Part shown: piece by piece, positions 9,729-19,484 of the stretch
Position numbering within the stretch: the stretch's first letter is position 1
Layout of the letters: each line of letters begins with the position of its first letter
Origin: Pseudomonadota bacterium
GTDB taxonomy: Bacteria; Pseudomonadota; Gammaproteobacteria; Steroidobacterales; Steroidobacteraceae
Direction of reading: 5' to 3'
Assembly: GCA_026398785.1 (NCBI GenBank)
Contig: JAPLSF010000183.1
Coordinates: 1 to 44,573, forward strand
Length of the DNA: 44,573 nt
The notes under the pieces: model-generated
What the model saw: only the letters and a program-made list of their open reading frames with translations
Told to the model about the DNA's origin: nothing
The model's database searches: none
Program-made: the position numbers and the translations under genes

Positions 9729-11821
9729 TGCCAGCTCACCTCCGCGAACACCGAACGCGGGCGTCCCGGAAAATAGCGGTAGTTGCCGAACGCAAAGTCG
9801 GCGCGGTCGGCATACGCGCGATCGAGCGCATTGTTGAGGCGCAGGGCCAGCGACCACCGCGGCAGGAACTCCCAGCGGGCCCGCAGGTTCAGCAGTTCGT
9901 GGCCGGTGTAGCGGCGGGCATTGGCGGCGTCGAGGTAATAATCGCCCACCACCAGCCACTCCGCTTCGGCCGCCACGCCCGGTATCGGCGCATAGTTGAG
10001 CGCGGCGCGCAGCAGGTTGCGCGGAGCCGTGTCGACATCGTTGCCGGCCGTGATCGTTTCGCCGCCTTCGATGGCGCGCGAAAATTCGTAGCGATGCCGT
10101 GCGTAGGTGCCTCCGACCGTGGCCGCGAGTGAATCGAGCGCCTGCCAAGTCAGCGAGTACTCGACGCCTTCGTGCGACGTGCGGCCGTTGCTTACGTTGA
10201 AGCCGCTGGAATCGCGCAGGATCACGTTGTCCTTGCGCATGTCGAATCCGGCGATTTCACCACGCCAGTCGCCACGTGCGAACTTCAGGCCGATTTCATA
10301 AGCGTCCACCTGCTCGGCTTCGAGGTCGGCCACCGACTGATTGCGCTGCAACCGGTAGAGTTCGGTCATCTCCGGCGGGCGGAACCCGCGCGATGCGTTG
10401 GCATACAGCATCAGGCCTGTGCTCGCGTCCCAGCGCAGGCTGAACTTGGGCGCCGCATTGGTGAAGGAATCGCTGCGATCGGCCGGCCGGCTGTAGAGGC
10501 AACCCGCCGGCAGGCACGGCACGCCGTTCTCGTCCGTGTTGCCGGCCAGCATGCGGTTGTCGTAACCGTAGCTGACGTACTCCACGCGGACGCCTGCACC
10601 GGCGTGAAGTGCCGGCGTCAATGCGTAGTCGAGCTGGGCATAGGCGCCTGCCACGTTCGACGTCACGGTGTAGTCGTAGTGCAGGCCGACAGGACGGATC
10701 GCGTTTGCCGCGGGACTGCCGCCCGTCGTGGGGTTCTCCTGGTCTTCGACCAGGAACGAATCGGCCCACTCGAGGTCGAGACCGGTGATCAGGCCAACGC
10801 GACGCCCAAGGTCCCAGTCGAAGCTCGTCATCACGCCCGCACTCTCCTGGCCGTTGCGTTCGACCGGCTGGCCGAGCAGGAAGTGCTGCAGGAAGTCCAT
10901 GCGCGAAGTGCGGAGGTAGGGTCGCAGTTCCAGTTGCCCGGGCAGGGACGTCTGCGGCTGCACCAGTCCCGTGAGCCGCACGGCGTTGGCGTTGCGATAG
11001 GCCTCCGGGTTCAGGTTCTGCTGGCCCAGATCCGGGTCGCGGTAGGCGTTCTTGCCCAGGATGAATCCAGCCGTCTCCTGTTCGAGCTTCGTCGCCGCGA
11101 GATCGAACCGCGAGGGAATGCTGCCGCCCGCGCCGGTCGTGAGCGTGGCGTTGAGCTTGCCCTCATCGAAACCGGACTCGTCACGCCAGCCGCCGTCGTG
11201 TGTATACAGCGCCTTGATGCCAAGACCAGTGGTCTCGCCCTGGTGCGAAGCGACCAGGCTGCCGCGCGCGTACTGGTCAGGACCGAAGCCGAGTCCCAGC
11301 TGCCAGTGCGGCAGTTCAGGCGGTGCGTCCTGCAGCACGTTGATCGTGCCGTGCACGGAATTCGAGCCATAGAGGGCCGTACCGGTGCCGCGGAGGATTT
11401 CGATCGCATCGGCCTGCTCCGTGTTGATCTCGAGCATCTCGTTGATGTTGCAGAAGCCCACGGGCCGGATCGGCACGCCGTTTTCCAGGAACAGGAACGC
11501 ACCGCACGAGCCGGCGCCAGTCAACACGGGTGAGCGGATCGCCGTGAGGCTTTCCTGGCCACTGCCACGTTGCACCATCACGCCCGGCACGCGGTTGAGC
11601 ACCTCCGAACTGTGCGTGGCGCCAAGCAGGTCGATGGCGTCCCGGTCGACGCGACCGATGCTGAGCGGCGTTGCCAGCGTGGCCACGGGTTGCCGTTGCG
11701 CGGTCACGACGATTTCTTCGAGCGCGGGAGAAGCTGCCCGCACAGTTGCGGCCGCGGTGATGCCCGCGCCAGCGATGAGGCGCGCGAGGCAGTGCGCTGA
11801 TCGAAAGTTCAGCAAAGTCAT
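9719..11821 (-). CDS. TonB-dependent outer-membrane receptor
   Basis: It has a signal peptide and a plug-domain/TonB-box region (LEEIVVTAQRQ; LNRVPGVMVQRGSGQES; IEILRGTGTALYGSNSVHGTINV) followed by a long beta-barrel. I chose the start at ATG 11821; GTG 11860 is an alternative. Confidence 0.9.
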   Translation of the reverse strand: MTLLNFRSAHCLARLIAGAGITAAATVRAASPALEEIVVTAQRQPVATLATPLSIGRVDRDAIDLLGATHSSEVLNRVPGVMVQRGSGQESLTAIRSPVLTGAGSCGAFLFLENGVPIRPVGFCNINEMLEINTEQADAIEILRGTGTALYGSNSVHGTINVLQDAPPELPHWQLGLGFGPDQYARGSLVASHQGETTGLGIKALYTHDGGWRDESGFDEGKLNATLTTGAGGSIPSRFDLAATKLEQETAGFILGKNAYRDPDLGQQNLNPEAYRNANAVRLTGLVQPQTSLPGQLELRPYLRTSRMDFLQHFLLGQPVERNGQESAGVMTSFDWDLGRRVGLITGLDLEWADSFLVEDQENPTTGGSPAANAIRPVGLHYDYTVTSNVAGAYAQLDYALTPALHAGAGVRVEYVSYGYDNRMLAGNTDENGVPCLPAGCLYSRPADRSDSFTNAAPKFSLRWDASTGLMLYANASRGFRPPEMTELYRLQRNQSVADLEAEQVDAYEIGLKFARGDWRGEIAGFDMRKDNVILRDSSGFNVSNGRTSHEGVEYSLTWQALDSLAATVGGTYARHRYEFSRAIEGGETITAGNDVDTAPRNLLRAALNYAPIPGVAAEAEWLVVGDYYLDAANARRYTGHELLNLRARWEFLPRWSLALRLNNALDRAYADRADFAFGNYRYFPGRPRSVFAEVSWQAE

Positions 11822-11934
11822 GGAGGAGGGATCCAGCAACGACGCGAGATGCAGTTTCACCGGCCATTATTACCGACCGGACGCGGGAGTGGTGCCGGCG
11901 TTTGTTACCATCGCCGCACTTCCTGGAGCTGGCC

Positions 11935-14262
11935 ATGCGAATCCCATTCGTCACCCGCTGCTTGCGCACCTACCGACTGCAATCTCCGTCCCGTCCGGCG
12001 TGGACACGGCGAGCGCTGCGGGCCTGCGTCGGCATCGCCTGCGTGGTTCATGGCCTGCCCGCGCAGGCGGCTGCGGCGGAGAGCACTGTACAAGGCGCGC
12101 CGGTACCGGTTGCATCCGAGCCCGCGCGGCCCCGTATCGGGCTGGTGTTGAGCGGAGGCGGCGCGCGCGGAGCGGCTCACGTCGGCGTGATCCGCATGCT
12201 CGAGCAGATGCACATCCCGATCGACGCGATCGCCGGCACGAGCATGGGCGCCGTCGTCGGTGGACTCTATGCCGCGGGACTGAGCGGGGACGAAATCGAG
12301 CGTGTGTTCCGCGAACTCGACTGGCAGGAAGTGATCCGTGACCGCGCGCCACGGCGCGAACGCGCTTACCGCCGCAAGCAGGACGACCGCAACATCCTCG
12401 CCAAGGGCGCCCTTGGCGTGAACACGAGTCGAGGCGTCGTGCTGCCGCTCGGCCTGGTGCAGGGCCACAAGATCACGCAGGTGCTGCGCGATGCCACGGT
12501 CCGTGTCGCCGACGTGCAGGACTTCGACCGGCTGCCGACACGGTTCCGCGCGCTCGCGACCGATCTCGAGACGGGCGAGGCCGTCGTCATGGGAGACGGC
12601 GACCTGGTGACCGTCCTGCGCGCAAGCATGTCGGCCCCGGGCGTGCTCACGCCGGTCGAGAGAAACGGTCGCCTGCTGGTGGATGGCGGCCTCGTCGACA
12701 ACCTGCCCGTCGAACTCGCACAGAGCATGGGTGTCGACCGGCTCATCGTCGTCGACGTGAGCTTTCCGCTGGCGCGGCGGGATGGACTGGGTTCGGCTTT
12801 CGACATCACGAACCAGATGGTCGGCATCATGGTCCGGCGCGGCACGCTCGAATCCAAGGAGCACCTGCAGCCGGGCGACGTGCTGATTGAGCCGGACCTC
12901 GGCGCGATGACCGCGATCGAGTTCGGGCGCATGCCACAGGTGATGGAACAGGGGAAGACGGCTGCCCTGGCGCAGGCCCCTGCGCTCGCCGCGCTGTCGT
13001 TGCCCACCGCTGACTACGAGCGGTACGTCGCACAGCGCGCTCGTGCTGCGGAGCCGGTCGTGCAGGTCGCGTTCGTGCGACCGGACGCGCAGTCGCAGGC
13101 AGAGGCAAAACGGGTCGAGGCCGTCTTCGGCGATCTGGCTGGCAAGCCGCTCGACCGGCCTGAACTGCAGCAGCGCCTGGCTTCGCAGTATCGCCTCGAC
13201 GATTTCGAAACCGTCGACTACCGGATCGCACGCGACACCAACGGCGAGCGTGGACTGGAGATCGACTTGCGCCGCAAGTCCTGGGGCCCGGCGTTCCTGC
13301 GGCTCGGCGTGGGCATGGAGAACGATTACGAAGGCGGCGCCACGGCAAATGCAGCAGCGCAGCTGCGCGTGACGCGACTCAATGCGCTCGACGCCGAGTG
13401 GATCATCGATGGCCAGATCGGCGAGGAGCCGAAGCTGCAGACCGAGTTCTACCAGCCGCTGTCCCTGCGCCGGCCGTACTTCATTGCGCCGGCGTTCCGT
13501 TACGAACAAGTAACATTGCAGATCGTCAGCGACGAAGGGCAGCGGCTCGCGCGTTATCGCACTCGCGATACCGAAGTGTCGCTGGCGGTGGGCGCGGAGC
13601 TGTCGAACTGGGGCGAAGTGCGTGCGGGCATGCGGCGCGGCGACGGCAGCAGCCACGTGATGATCGGCGATCCAGGCCTGCCGACGGCCGAGTTCGACCT
13701 CGGCGGTGCCTTCGTGAATTTCGGCTACGACCGGCTCGACAGCGGCTATTTCCCGAAGCAGGGCCAGGCGTTTCGCGCGAGCTGGATCGCGGATCGCGAG
13801 TCGCTCGGCGCCACGCGGGATGCGGACATCCTGCGCGCGTCGTGGCAACTGGCGCGCAGTCGCGGCCGTTACAGCGTGGTGTGGTCGATGGACGGCGGCT
13901 CGGCCCTGGACGACCAGGTGGTCTCACCACAGGAGCTCTTCACGCTCGGCGGACTGTTCGATCTGTCCGGACTCACGCCCGACGCGAAAGTCGGCACCCA
14001 GTACGGCATCGCCCGCGCCATCGTTTACCGCCGCATCAGCCGGGGCGGCACGGGCTTCTTCGAGTTCCCGGCCTACGTCGGCTTCTCGGTGGAAGCCGGC
14101 AATGTGTGGGCGACCCGCGATGACGTGGACTTCGGCGACCTCGAGACGGGTGGCAGCCTGTTCCTCGGTGCCGAGAGTCCGTTCGGCCCGGTCTACCTGG
14201 CCGCGGGCCTCGCGAGTGGAGGCGAACGGGCCTTTTACCTCTACCTCGGCAAGACCTTCTGA
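11935..14262 (+). CDS. Patatin-like phospholipase fused to a POTRA/Omp85 beta-barrel (PlpD-like, type Vd secretion architecture)
   Basis: The patatin motifs are GLVLSGGGARGAAHVGV, the GxSxG nucleophile IAGTSMGAVVG and DGGLVDNLPV. The C-terminal half resembles an Omp85/surface-antigen barrel and ends YLYLGKTF. A GGAG Shine-Dalgarno sequence lies 7 nt upstream of ATG 11935. Confidence 0.85.
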   Translation: MRIPFVTRCLRTYRLQSPSRPAWTRRALRACVGIACVVHGLPAQAAAAESTVQGAPVPVASEPARPRIGLVLSGGGARGAAHVGVIRMLEQMHIPIDAIAGTSMGAVVGGLYAAGLSGDEIERVFRELDWQEVIRDRAPRRERAYRRKQDDRNILAKGALGVNTSRGVVLPLGLVQGHKITQVLRDATVRVADVQDFDRLPTRFRALATDLETGEAVVMGDGDLVTVLRASMSAPGVLTPVERNGRLLVDGGLVDNLPVELAQSMGVDRLIVVDVSFPLARRDGLGSAFDITNQMVGIMVRRGTLESKEHLQPGDVLIEPDLGAMTAIEFGRMPQVMEQGKTAALAQAPALAALSLPTADYERYVAQRARAAEPVVQVAFVRPDAQSQAEAKRVEAVFGDLAGKPLDRPELQQRLASQYRLDDFETVDYRIARDTNGERGLEIDLRRKSWGPAFLRLGVGMENDYEGGATANAAAQLRVTRLNALDAEWIIDGQIGEEPKLQTEFYQPLSLRRPYFIAPAFRYEQVTLQIVSDEGQRLARYRTRDTEVSLAVGAELSNWGEVRAGMRRGDGSSHVMIGDPGLPTAEFDLGGAFVNFGYDRLDSGYFPKQGQAFRASWIADRESLGATRDADILRASWQLARSRGRYSVVWSMDGGSALDDQVVSPQELFTLGGLFDLSGLTPDAKVGTQYGIARAIVYRRISRGGTGFFEFPAYVGFSVEAGNVWATRDDVDFGDLETGGSLFLGAESPFGPVYLAAGLASGGERAFYLYLGKTF

Positions 14263-14320
14263 GTCGTCCGGCAGGGCGCGTCCGGAAACGCTAAAATGCA
14301 GGCCTTCCCGGAGAGTGCTC

Positions 14321-14563
14321 ATGGCCATCGCCAACGAACAGAACCTGCGGCAGTCGCTGCCCGATTCCCGCCCCTACGGCCTGCGCCTCCGCGCACGCCG
14401 CAACGACCCGTTCCGTCACCTCGTGGGCGATGACTGGCAGCAGGAACACTGGTTCGCGAGCCGTGCCGAGCGCGATGCCGCGCTGGCGCAGATGAGTGGC
14501 CGCTATGTCTATTTCCGTCCGGGTGACGCACCGACGCTCGACTTCGAGAAAGTCGACCCCTGA
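14321..14563 (+). CDS. Small hypothetical protein (80 aa)
   Basis: The ORF starts at ATG 14321 (MAIANEQNLRQSLPDSRPYGLRLRARRNDPFRHLVGDDWQQEHWFASRAERDAALAQMSGRYVYFRPGDAPTLDFEKVDP). Its composition is not Arg/Pro-skewed, unlike the artefact frames. I recognise no motif. Confidence 0.5.
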   Translation: MAIANEQNLRQSLPDSRPYGLRLRARRNDPFRHLVGDDWQQEHWFASRAERDAALAQMSGRYVYFRPGDAPTLDFEKVDP

Positions 14564-14605
14564 AAAGTCGACCCTGGAACATCGACTGATGATCGTGGCG
14601 GCCTC

Positions 14606-15292
14606 TCAGTGGCTGCGGTCGCCGGCCCCTTCGCGGTCCGACCAGCCGAGCAGACCCCGCGTCACCCACCGATACACGGGTTTGCCGGTGCGCATCCAGA
14701 TCGCGGCCGGCCATGAGCGGCGCGCGAGGATGGCACGTTGCCGCGCCGTGAGTCGCTCCGGGCAATACGTGCGTTTGTGCTTCAAGAGGTGCCGCAGGTC
14801 GTCGTAGGCGAGTGCGCGGAAGCGCCAGCCGCGATAGCGCGGACGCATCGCGAGTTGAAAGTCCACAACTGCAGGGGAACCGTCCGGCGCGACGAGCCAG
14901 TTCGGTTCCTTGGCCAGGTCGTTGTGCACCACACCGGCCGCGTGCAGGCGTCGAATCAGTCGCAGGGCTTCGCGGTAATACGCGGGATCGCGTGGCTGGA
15001 CTCGCTGCATCGACTGGCCGTCGAGCCAGGAGCGCCGCAGGCGATGGCCGTCCCACTGCAGCAGCCGCGGAATGCCCGGCACCTGCCGCAGCGCCGCGAG
15101 TGCGTGCGCTTCGCGGGTCGCGAGTCGTCGCGCCGCGAGCCGCAGCCACCAGCGTGCGTCGCGCGTGTCGCGTTCGATGCAGGCGGAACCCGGGTGAGAG
15201 CCGTGCGCAGGCGCGTCGATGCGACAGACGGAACCCAGCAGGTCGCGCTTGAGCACGGTGCGCGACGTGGGCTCGTTCAAGGCAATCGCCAC
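14606..15292 (-). CDS. Protein-kinase-like (RIO/Kdo-kinase-like fold) protein
   Basis: It has a kinase catalytic-loop-like motif (LHAAGVVHNDLAKEPNWLV) followed by VVDFQLA. A GTG start at 15292 overlaps the upstream methyltransferase gene by 16 nt. The track ORF extends to 15646, but that N-terminal part is Arg/Ala-rich junk. Confidence 0.65.
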   Translation of the reverse strand: MAIALNEPTSRTVLKRDLLGSVCRIDAPAHGSHPGSACIERDTRDARWWLRLAARRLATREAHALAALRQVPGIPRLLQWDGHRLRRSWLDGQSMQRVQPRDPAYYREALRLIRRLHAAGVVHNDLAKEPNWLVAPDGSPAVVDFQLAMRPRYRGWRFRALAYDDLRHLLKHKRTYCPERLTARQRAILARRSWPAAIWMRTGKPVYRWVTRGLLGWSDREGAGDRSH

Positions 15293-15894
15293 CAGGGGGC
15301 GATGGCTCCGGCGTGCTGCAGCAGGTGCGCCGCCTGCATCAGCGCCAGTGCCAGCAGCAGGCTGCCGGCGTCGAGCACGGCTTTCCACACCACGCGCGGC
15401 TGGATCTCCATCGACTCCGGGACCGAGCAGCGCGACCAGTCCGGCATCAGCGCCGGCACCTGATCGCGGTAGCGTCGAGCCGCATCGCCATGCGCGCGCT
15501 CGAGCAGCGCGTCCTCGGCCCGCATGGCACCGACGTGCAGCAAGGCAGCGATGCCCACCAGCGCCAGCAGCAGCACGACACTGCGCGTGGCGAGGCCGAG
15601 GCCGAGCATGCCGATCAGCGACAGCAGGTACAGCGGGTGCCGGCACGCGGCGTACGGCCCGGCCAGGACCAACGTTGCGTCCTTGCGCCCGGCGATGAAC
15701 AGCGAGGTCCAGAAACGGCCGAGCGCGGCGATCGCGACCAGCACGAACCCGAGGAACCCCACCAGGCCGCTCGCGAAACCGGAGAATGTGGGGCGCTCGG
15801 TGAGGGCGACCAGGATGATGCAGGCCACGACGGCGAGGGCCATCAGGCGCACGCGCGGGGTGCTGCGGGAGCTGTTCACGGGGTCGGGTGGCAC
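15277..15894 (-). CDS. Isoprenylcysteine carboxyl methyltransferase (ICMT)/phospholipid methyltransferase-family membrane protein
   Basis: The product is multi-pass hydrophobic and carries the family motif LVLAGPYAACRHPLYLLSLIGMLGLGL. Confidence 0.8.
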   Translation of the reverse strand: MPPDPVNSSRSTPRVRLMALAVVACIILVALTERPTFSGFASGLVGFLGFVLVAIAALGRFWTSLFIAGRKDATLVLAGPYAACRHPLYLLSLIGMLGLGLATRSVVLLLALVGIAALLHVGAMRAEDALLERAHGDAARRYRDQVPALMPDWSRCSVPESMEIQPRVVWKAVLDAGSLLLALALMQAAHLLQHAGAIAPWWRLP

Positions 15895-15935
15895 ACGGTC
15901 ATGCAGGCATTCTAGCCGCCGGTTAAAGTGCGCGG

Positions 15936-16628
15936 ATGAACTGGCTCGGACTCTATTTCAGCTCGCTCCTGGCGGCGTTGCTCGCGATCCTGCCGATCGT
16001 CAACCCGTTCGGCGCCGTTCCGCTGGTCATGTCCGCATCTGGGCACCTGCCCGAGCAGGAACGCCTGCGCCAGATTCGCCGCGCCTGTGTCTACACGTTC
16101 TTCCTGATGTCGGGCTTCCTGGTGGCGGGCGGCCTGATCATGAATTTCTTCGGCATCTCGCTGCCCGGCATGCGCATCGCCGGCGGCCTGATCGTCGCGT
16201 TCCTGGGCTTCCAGATGCTGTTTCCGAACCCGATCTCTGACAAGGAAGCCATGACCAAGGCGGCGGGGGAGAAGTACGACATCGCCTTTACTCCGCTCGC
16301 CATGCCCGGACTCAGCGGCCCCGGAACTTTCGCGGTCGTGATGAGTCTTTCGTCGCAGGCCGCAGCGCAGAAAGGCTTCCTGGTCATCGTCGACTTCATG
16401 GGCGTGCTCACGGCCATCTTCCTGACGGCGCTGCTCAGCTGGTTCGTGCTCCGGGGCGCTGAACGCGTCAATCGCCTGCTCGGTGCCACGGGCATGGTCG
16501 CGCTGACGCGGCTGACCGGTTTCCTGATGATCTCGATCGGTGTGCAGTTCCTGATCAACGGCACGACCATGATCCTGAACGATCCTGCGTTCTGGTCGGG
16601 TCTGGCCGAAGCACTGCGCGCCCGCTAG
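15936..16628 (+). CDS. MarC-family (UPF0056) integral membrane protein
   Basis: The N-terminus [18 protein letters not shown] and the six-TM layout are typical of the MarC/YhgN family. Confidence 0.85.
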   Translation: MNWLGLYFSSLLAALLAILPIVNPFGAVPLVMSASGHLPEQERLRQIRRACVYTFFLMSGFLVAGGLIMNFFGISLPGMRIAGGLIVAFLGFQMLFPNPISDKEAMTKAAGEKYDIAFTPLAMPGLSGPGTFAVVMSLSSQAAAQKGFLVIVDFMGVLTAIFLTALLSWFVLRGAERVNRLLGATGMVALTRLTGFLMISIGVQFLINGTTMILNDPAFWSGLAEALRAR

Positions 16629-16639
16629 GAGATAGTACG

Positions 16640-17305
16640 ATGTTTTCACTGCGCAAGAAAAAGCTCGAGCTGCCGACGGCCGACGAAGCGCTGCCCGGTC
16701 GCGCGCAGAAGCTGTCCGTGCCCGCGCGCCATTTCGTGAACGGCAATCGGCTCGAAGCGCCTTTCCCCGCCGGTATGCAGTTCGCGATGTTCGGGTTGGG
16801 GTGCTTCTGGGGCGCCGAACGCAAGTTCTGGACGACGCCCGGTGTGCACAGCACGCAGGTCGGGTACGTCGGCGGCATCACGCCGAATCCCTCGTACGAG
16901 GAAGTGTGCAGCGGGTACACCGGCCACAACGAAGTCGTGCGCGTCGTGTTCGATCCGCAGGAAACATCGTACGAAGAGCTGCTGCGCGTGTTCTGGGAAT
17001 CGCACGACCCGACGCAGGGCATGCGCCAGGGCAACGACATCGGCACGCAGTACCGCTCGGGCATTTACGTCTATGACGGCGCGCAGCGTGCTGCTGCAGA
17101 GAGCAGCGCGGCGGCGTATGGCCCTAAGCTGAAGGCGGCGGGCTATCAAGCGATCACGACCGAGATCCTCGACGTGCCGGAGTTCTACTTCGCCGAGGAC
17201 TACCACCAGCAGTACCTGGCGAAGAACCCCGGCGGCTATTGCGGGATCGGCGGCTGCGGGATTACCTACAGCCCCAACGAGTCAGCGGAAGATCAGAGAG
17301 CCTGA
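16640..17305 (+). CDS. msrA: Peptide-methionine (S)-S-oxide reductase
   Basis: It has the active-site motif [13 protein letters not shown] plus [32 protein letters not shown] and QYRSGIY. An AGGAGA Shine-Dalgarno sequence lies upstream. Confidence 0.95.
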   Translation: MFSLRKKKLELPTADEALPGRAQKLSVPARHFVNGNRLEAPFPAGMQFAMFGLGCFWGAERKFWTTPGVHSTQVGYVGGITPNPSYEEVCSGYTGHNEVVRVVFDPQETSYEELLRVFWESHDPTQGMRQGNDIGTQYRSGIYVYDGAQRAAAESSAAAYGPKLKAAGYQAITTEILDVPEFYFAEDYHQQYLAKNPGGYCGIGGCGITYSPNESAEDQRA

Positions 17306-17348
17306 GGGCAACGTCTCGCCGAGAAACAGCAGATGATTGCTGTTGCCC
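17306..17348 (+). terminator. Composite hairpin immediately after the msrA stop (terminator-like, no U tract)
   Basis: The inner stem pairs AACAGCA (17325-17331) with TGCTGTT (17338-17344). The outer stem pairs GGGC (17306-17309) with GCCC (17345-17348). Confidence 0.3.
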
Positions 17349-17456
17349 AAGGTTAAGTTAAACGCGATCGTCTCCATCGAGCACGCGTTTGACGTGGTCA
17401 TCCGGCCCGTGCATCAATAGCCGCAGAAATACAACGAAATGCAGGGGGCGGCAGTC

Positions 17457-19445
17457 ATGACCCGTTCAGGACCTTTGGGTTTCCCCGTATCGGCATGTCT
17501 GCTGGCATTGCTGCTCGCGGTGAGTGCTGCAGACGCGGCCCCAGCGGCAAGAATCAATGTCGGCACGCTGGAACTGAACTACTGCAATACCGCTTACGGC
17601 GGCTACTGCGGTTCAATCAAGCGCAAGCTCGACCCGAGTGGTGCCGTGAGCGGCTACATCACCATCGGCTTCGAGTACTACCCGCGGCGCGATCAAACTC
17701 TCCCCAGGCTCGGCGTGATTCTGCCGCAGGAAGGCGGTCCGGGTTATTCATCCACCGGGACACGCGACGCTTACATCAACATCTTCAATGCCTTGCGCAA
17801 CCGTCGCGACATCCTGATCGTCGACAAACGTGGCACGGGCAAATCAGCTGCCATCGATTGCCCGGGAGTTCAGCAGGGCGACCCCAGCGATCCGCTGGCG
17901 ATTGCGGCCTGCGGTCAGCAACTTGGAACCAAGGCCGCGCTCTACCGCACGGAACTTGCCGTGGCCGACATCGTCGGCGTGATGGACGCGTTGCAGATTT
18001 CCAAGATCGACTTCTACGGCGACAGCTATGGGACTTACGTCGGTCAGACCTTCGCGGCCCGCTATGGCGGCCGGTTGCGCAGCATCATCCTCGACAGCGC
18101 CTACCCGGTACGCCCACCGGACATCTGGTTCCCGACCGATTGGGCCCGCGGACGCGACGGGCTCGATCGTGTGTGCGACCGTTCGCCCTCGTGCCAGGCG
18201 CTCGGCGGCAAGTCGACGTCGCGAATTCTATCGCTGTTGAAGTACTTGCGGCAGCACCCGATCAACGGCACGGCGCCCGACTCGGACGGCATTCCGCTGG
18301 CAACGACGGTCGACGTGTCGCAGCTTTTCCTCCTGATGACGAATCTCGGCAACTCACCGATCAGCTACCGCGATCTCGATGCCGCCGCGCGCGCCTGGCT
18401 CGAATCGAACGACGCGCAGCCGCTGCTGCGACTCTCCGCCGAATACGACACGCCGTTCGTGTCCGACGCGGTCGACTTCAGTTACGGGCAGTACCAGGAC
18501 CTGGTCTGCCAGGAATATCCGCTGCACTACGACCTTGCAGCGACGCCCGCGCAACGGCGCGTGCAGTACGACAAAGCGATCGAAGCTGCGCGCCAGAATC
18601 GACCGGATCTCTTTGCGCCGTTCACGATTGACGAAGCACTGGATTCGAACGCGAACTTTACGCCACTCGCGACGTGCCTCGACTGGCCGAAGCCGCTGCC
18701 GGCGTATCCGCAGGGCGATGCTTTGCCCGCGAACCCGGTGTTCCCGACGGTGCCGACGCTCGTGCTGTCGGGTGATCTCGATTCCGTGACGTCGGTGGAG
18801 GACGCCGACCAGGTGACTGAGCTTTTCCCCAATGCCGTGCATCTCGTGGTGCCGAATCTCACGCACGTCACGGCGTGGTACTACAGCGACGCAGGGATCC
18901 TGCCGGACGGCGGTGACACCACGCATTGCGTGCAGAACGTGGTGCGGCGATTCGTATCGCAGCTTTCGACGGGTGACACGAGCTGTATCCCGAAAGTACG
19001 GCCGATCCGCACCGTACCGCGATTCGAGCGATCGGTCGCCGCGCTGAAGCCCGCGGACGCGACCAGTGGCAATGTTGCAAATGCCAGCAAACTGCGGCTC
19101 GCGACCGGCGCGCTCGAGACCGTCGGTGACGTGTTCTCGCGGTTCCTGATTACCTACGGCAGCGGCAGCGGCTTGCGCGGTGGCAAATACACGTACGGGC
19201 GTAGCGGCTCGAAATACGTATTCCAGCTGAACCGCGTGAAATGGACAGACGACCTCGAGGTCAGCGGCACGATGCAGTGGTACTTGTCATCGGGAAACGT
19301 CACGGCGAGCGTGGCGCTGCGGCAGGGCGGGAAGAGCATCGGCAATCTCAGCATCGCGTGGAACGATCTCAAGAGCAACGCAATCGCGACGCTCACCGGG
19401 ACGATCAGCGGCGATGCGGTGCGGGCTGAACGCATTGCGCCTTGA
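17457..19445 (+). CDS. Secreted alpha/beta hydrolase (tripeptidyl-aminopeptidase/S33-like) with a C-terminal extension
   Basis: It has a signal peptide (GFPVSACLLALLLAVSAADA), an oxyanion region (QEGGPGYSSTG) and the nucleophile elbow FYGDSYGTYVG. ATG 17457 is preceded by AGGGGG; ATG 17439 is an alternative. Confidence 0.85.
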   Translation: MTRSGPLGFPVSACLLALLLAVSAADAAPAARINVGTLELNYCNTAYGGYCGSIKRKLDPSGAVSGYITIGFEYYPRRDQTLPRLGVILPQEGGPGYSSTGTRDAYINIFNALRNRRDILIVDKRGTGKSAAIDCPGVQQGDPSDPLAIAACGQQLGTKAALYRTELAVADIVGVMDALQISKIDFYGDSYGTYVGQTFAARYGGRLRSIILDSAYPVRPPDIWFPTDWARGRDGLDRVCDRSPSCQALGGKSTSRILSLLKYLRQHPINGTAPDSDGIPLATTVDVSQLFLLMTNLGNSPISYRDLDAAARAWLESNDAQPLLRLSAEYDTPFVSDAVDFSYGQYQDLVCQEYPLHYDLAATPAQRRVQYDKAIEAARQNRPDLFAPFTIDEALDSNANFTPLATCLDWPKPLPAYPQGDALPANPVFPTVPTLVLSGDLDSVTSVEDADQVTELFPNAVHLVVPNLTHVTAWYYSDAGILPDGGDTTHCVQNVVRRFVSQLSTGDTSCIPKVRPIRTVPRFERSVAALKPADATSGNVANASKLRLATGALETVGDVFSRFLITYGSGSGLRGGKYTYGRSGSKYVFQLNRVKWTDDLEVSGTMQWYLSSGNVTASVALRQGGKSIGNLSIAWNDLKSNAIATLTGTISGDAVRAERIAP

Positions 19446-19484
19446 GGCAAGGCTGCACCAGCGATACGCGCAGAATCCCGACGG

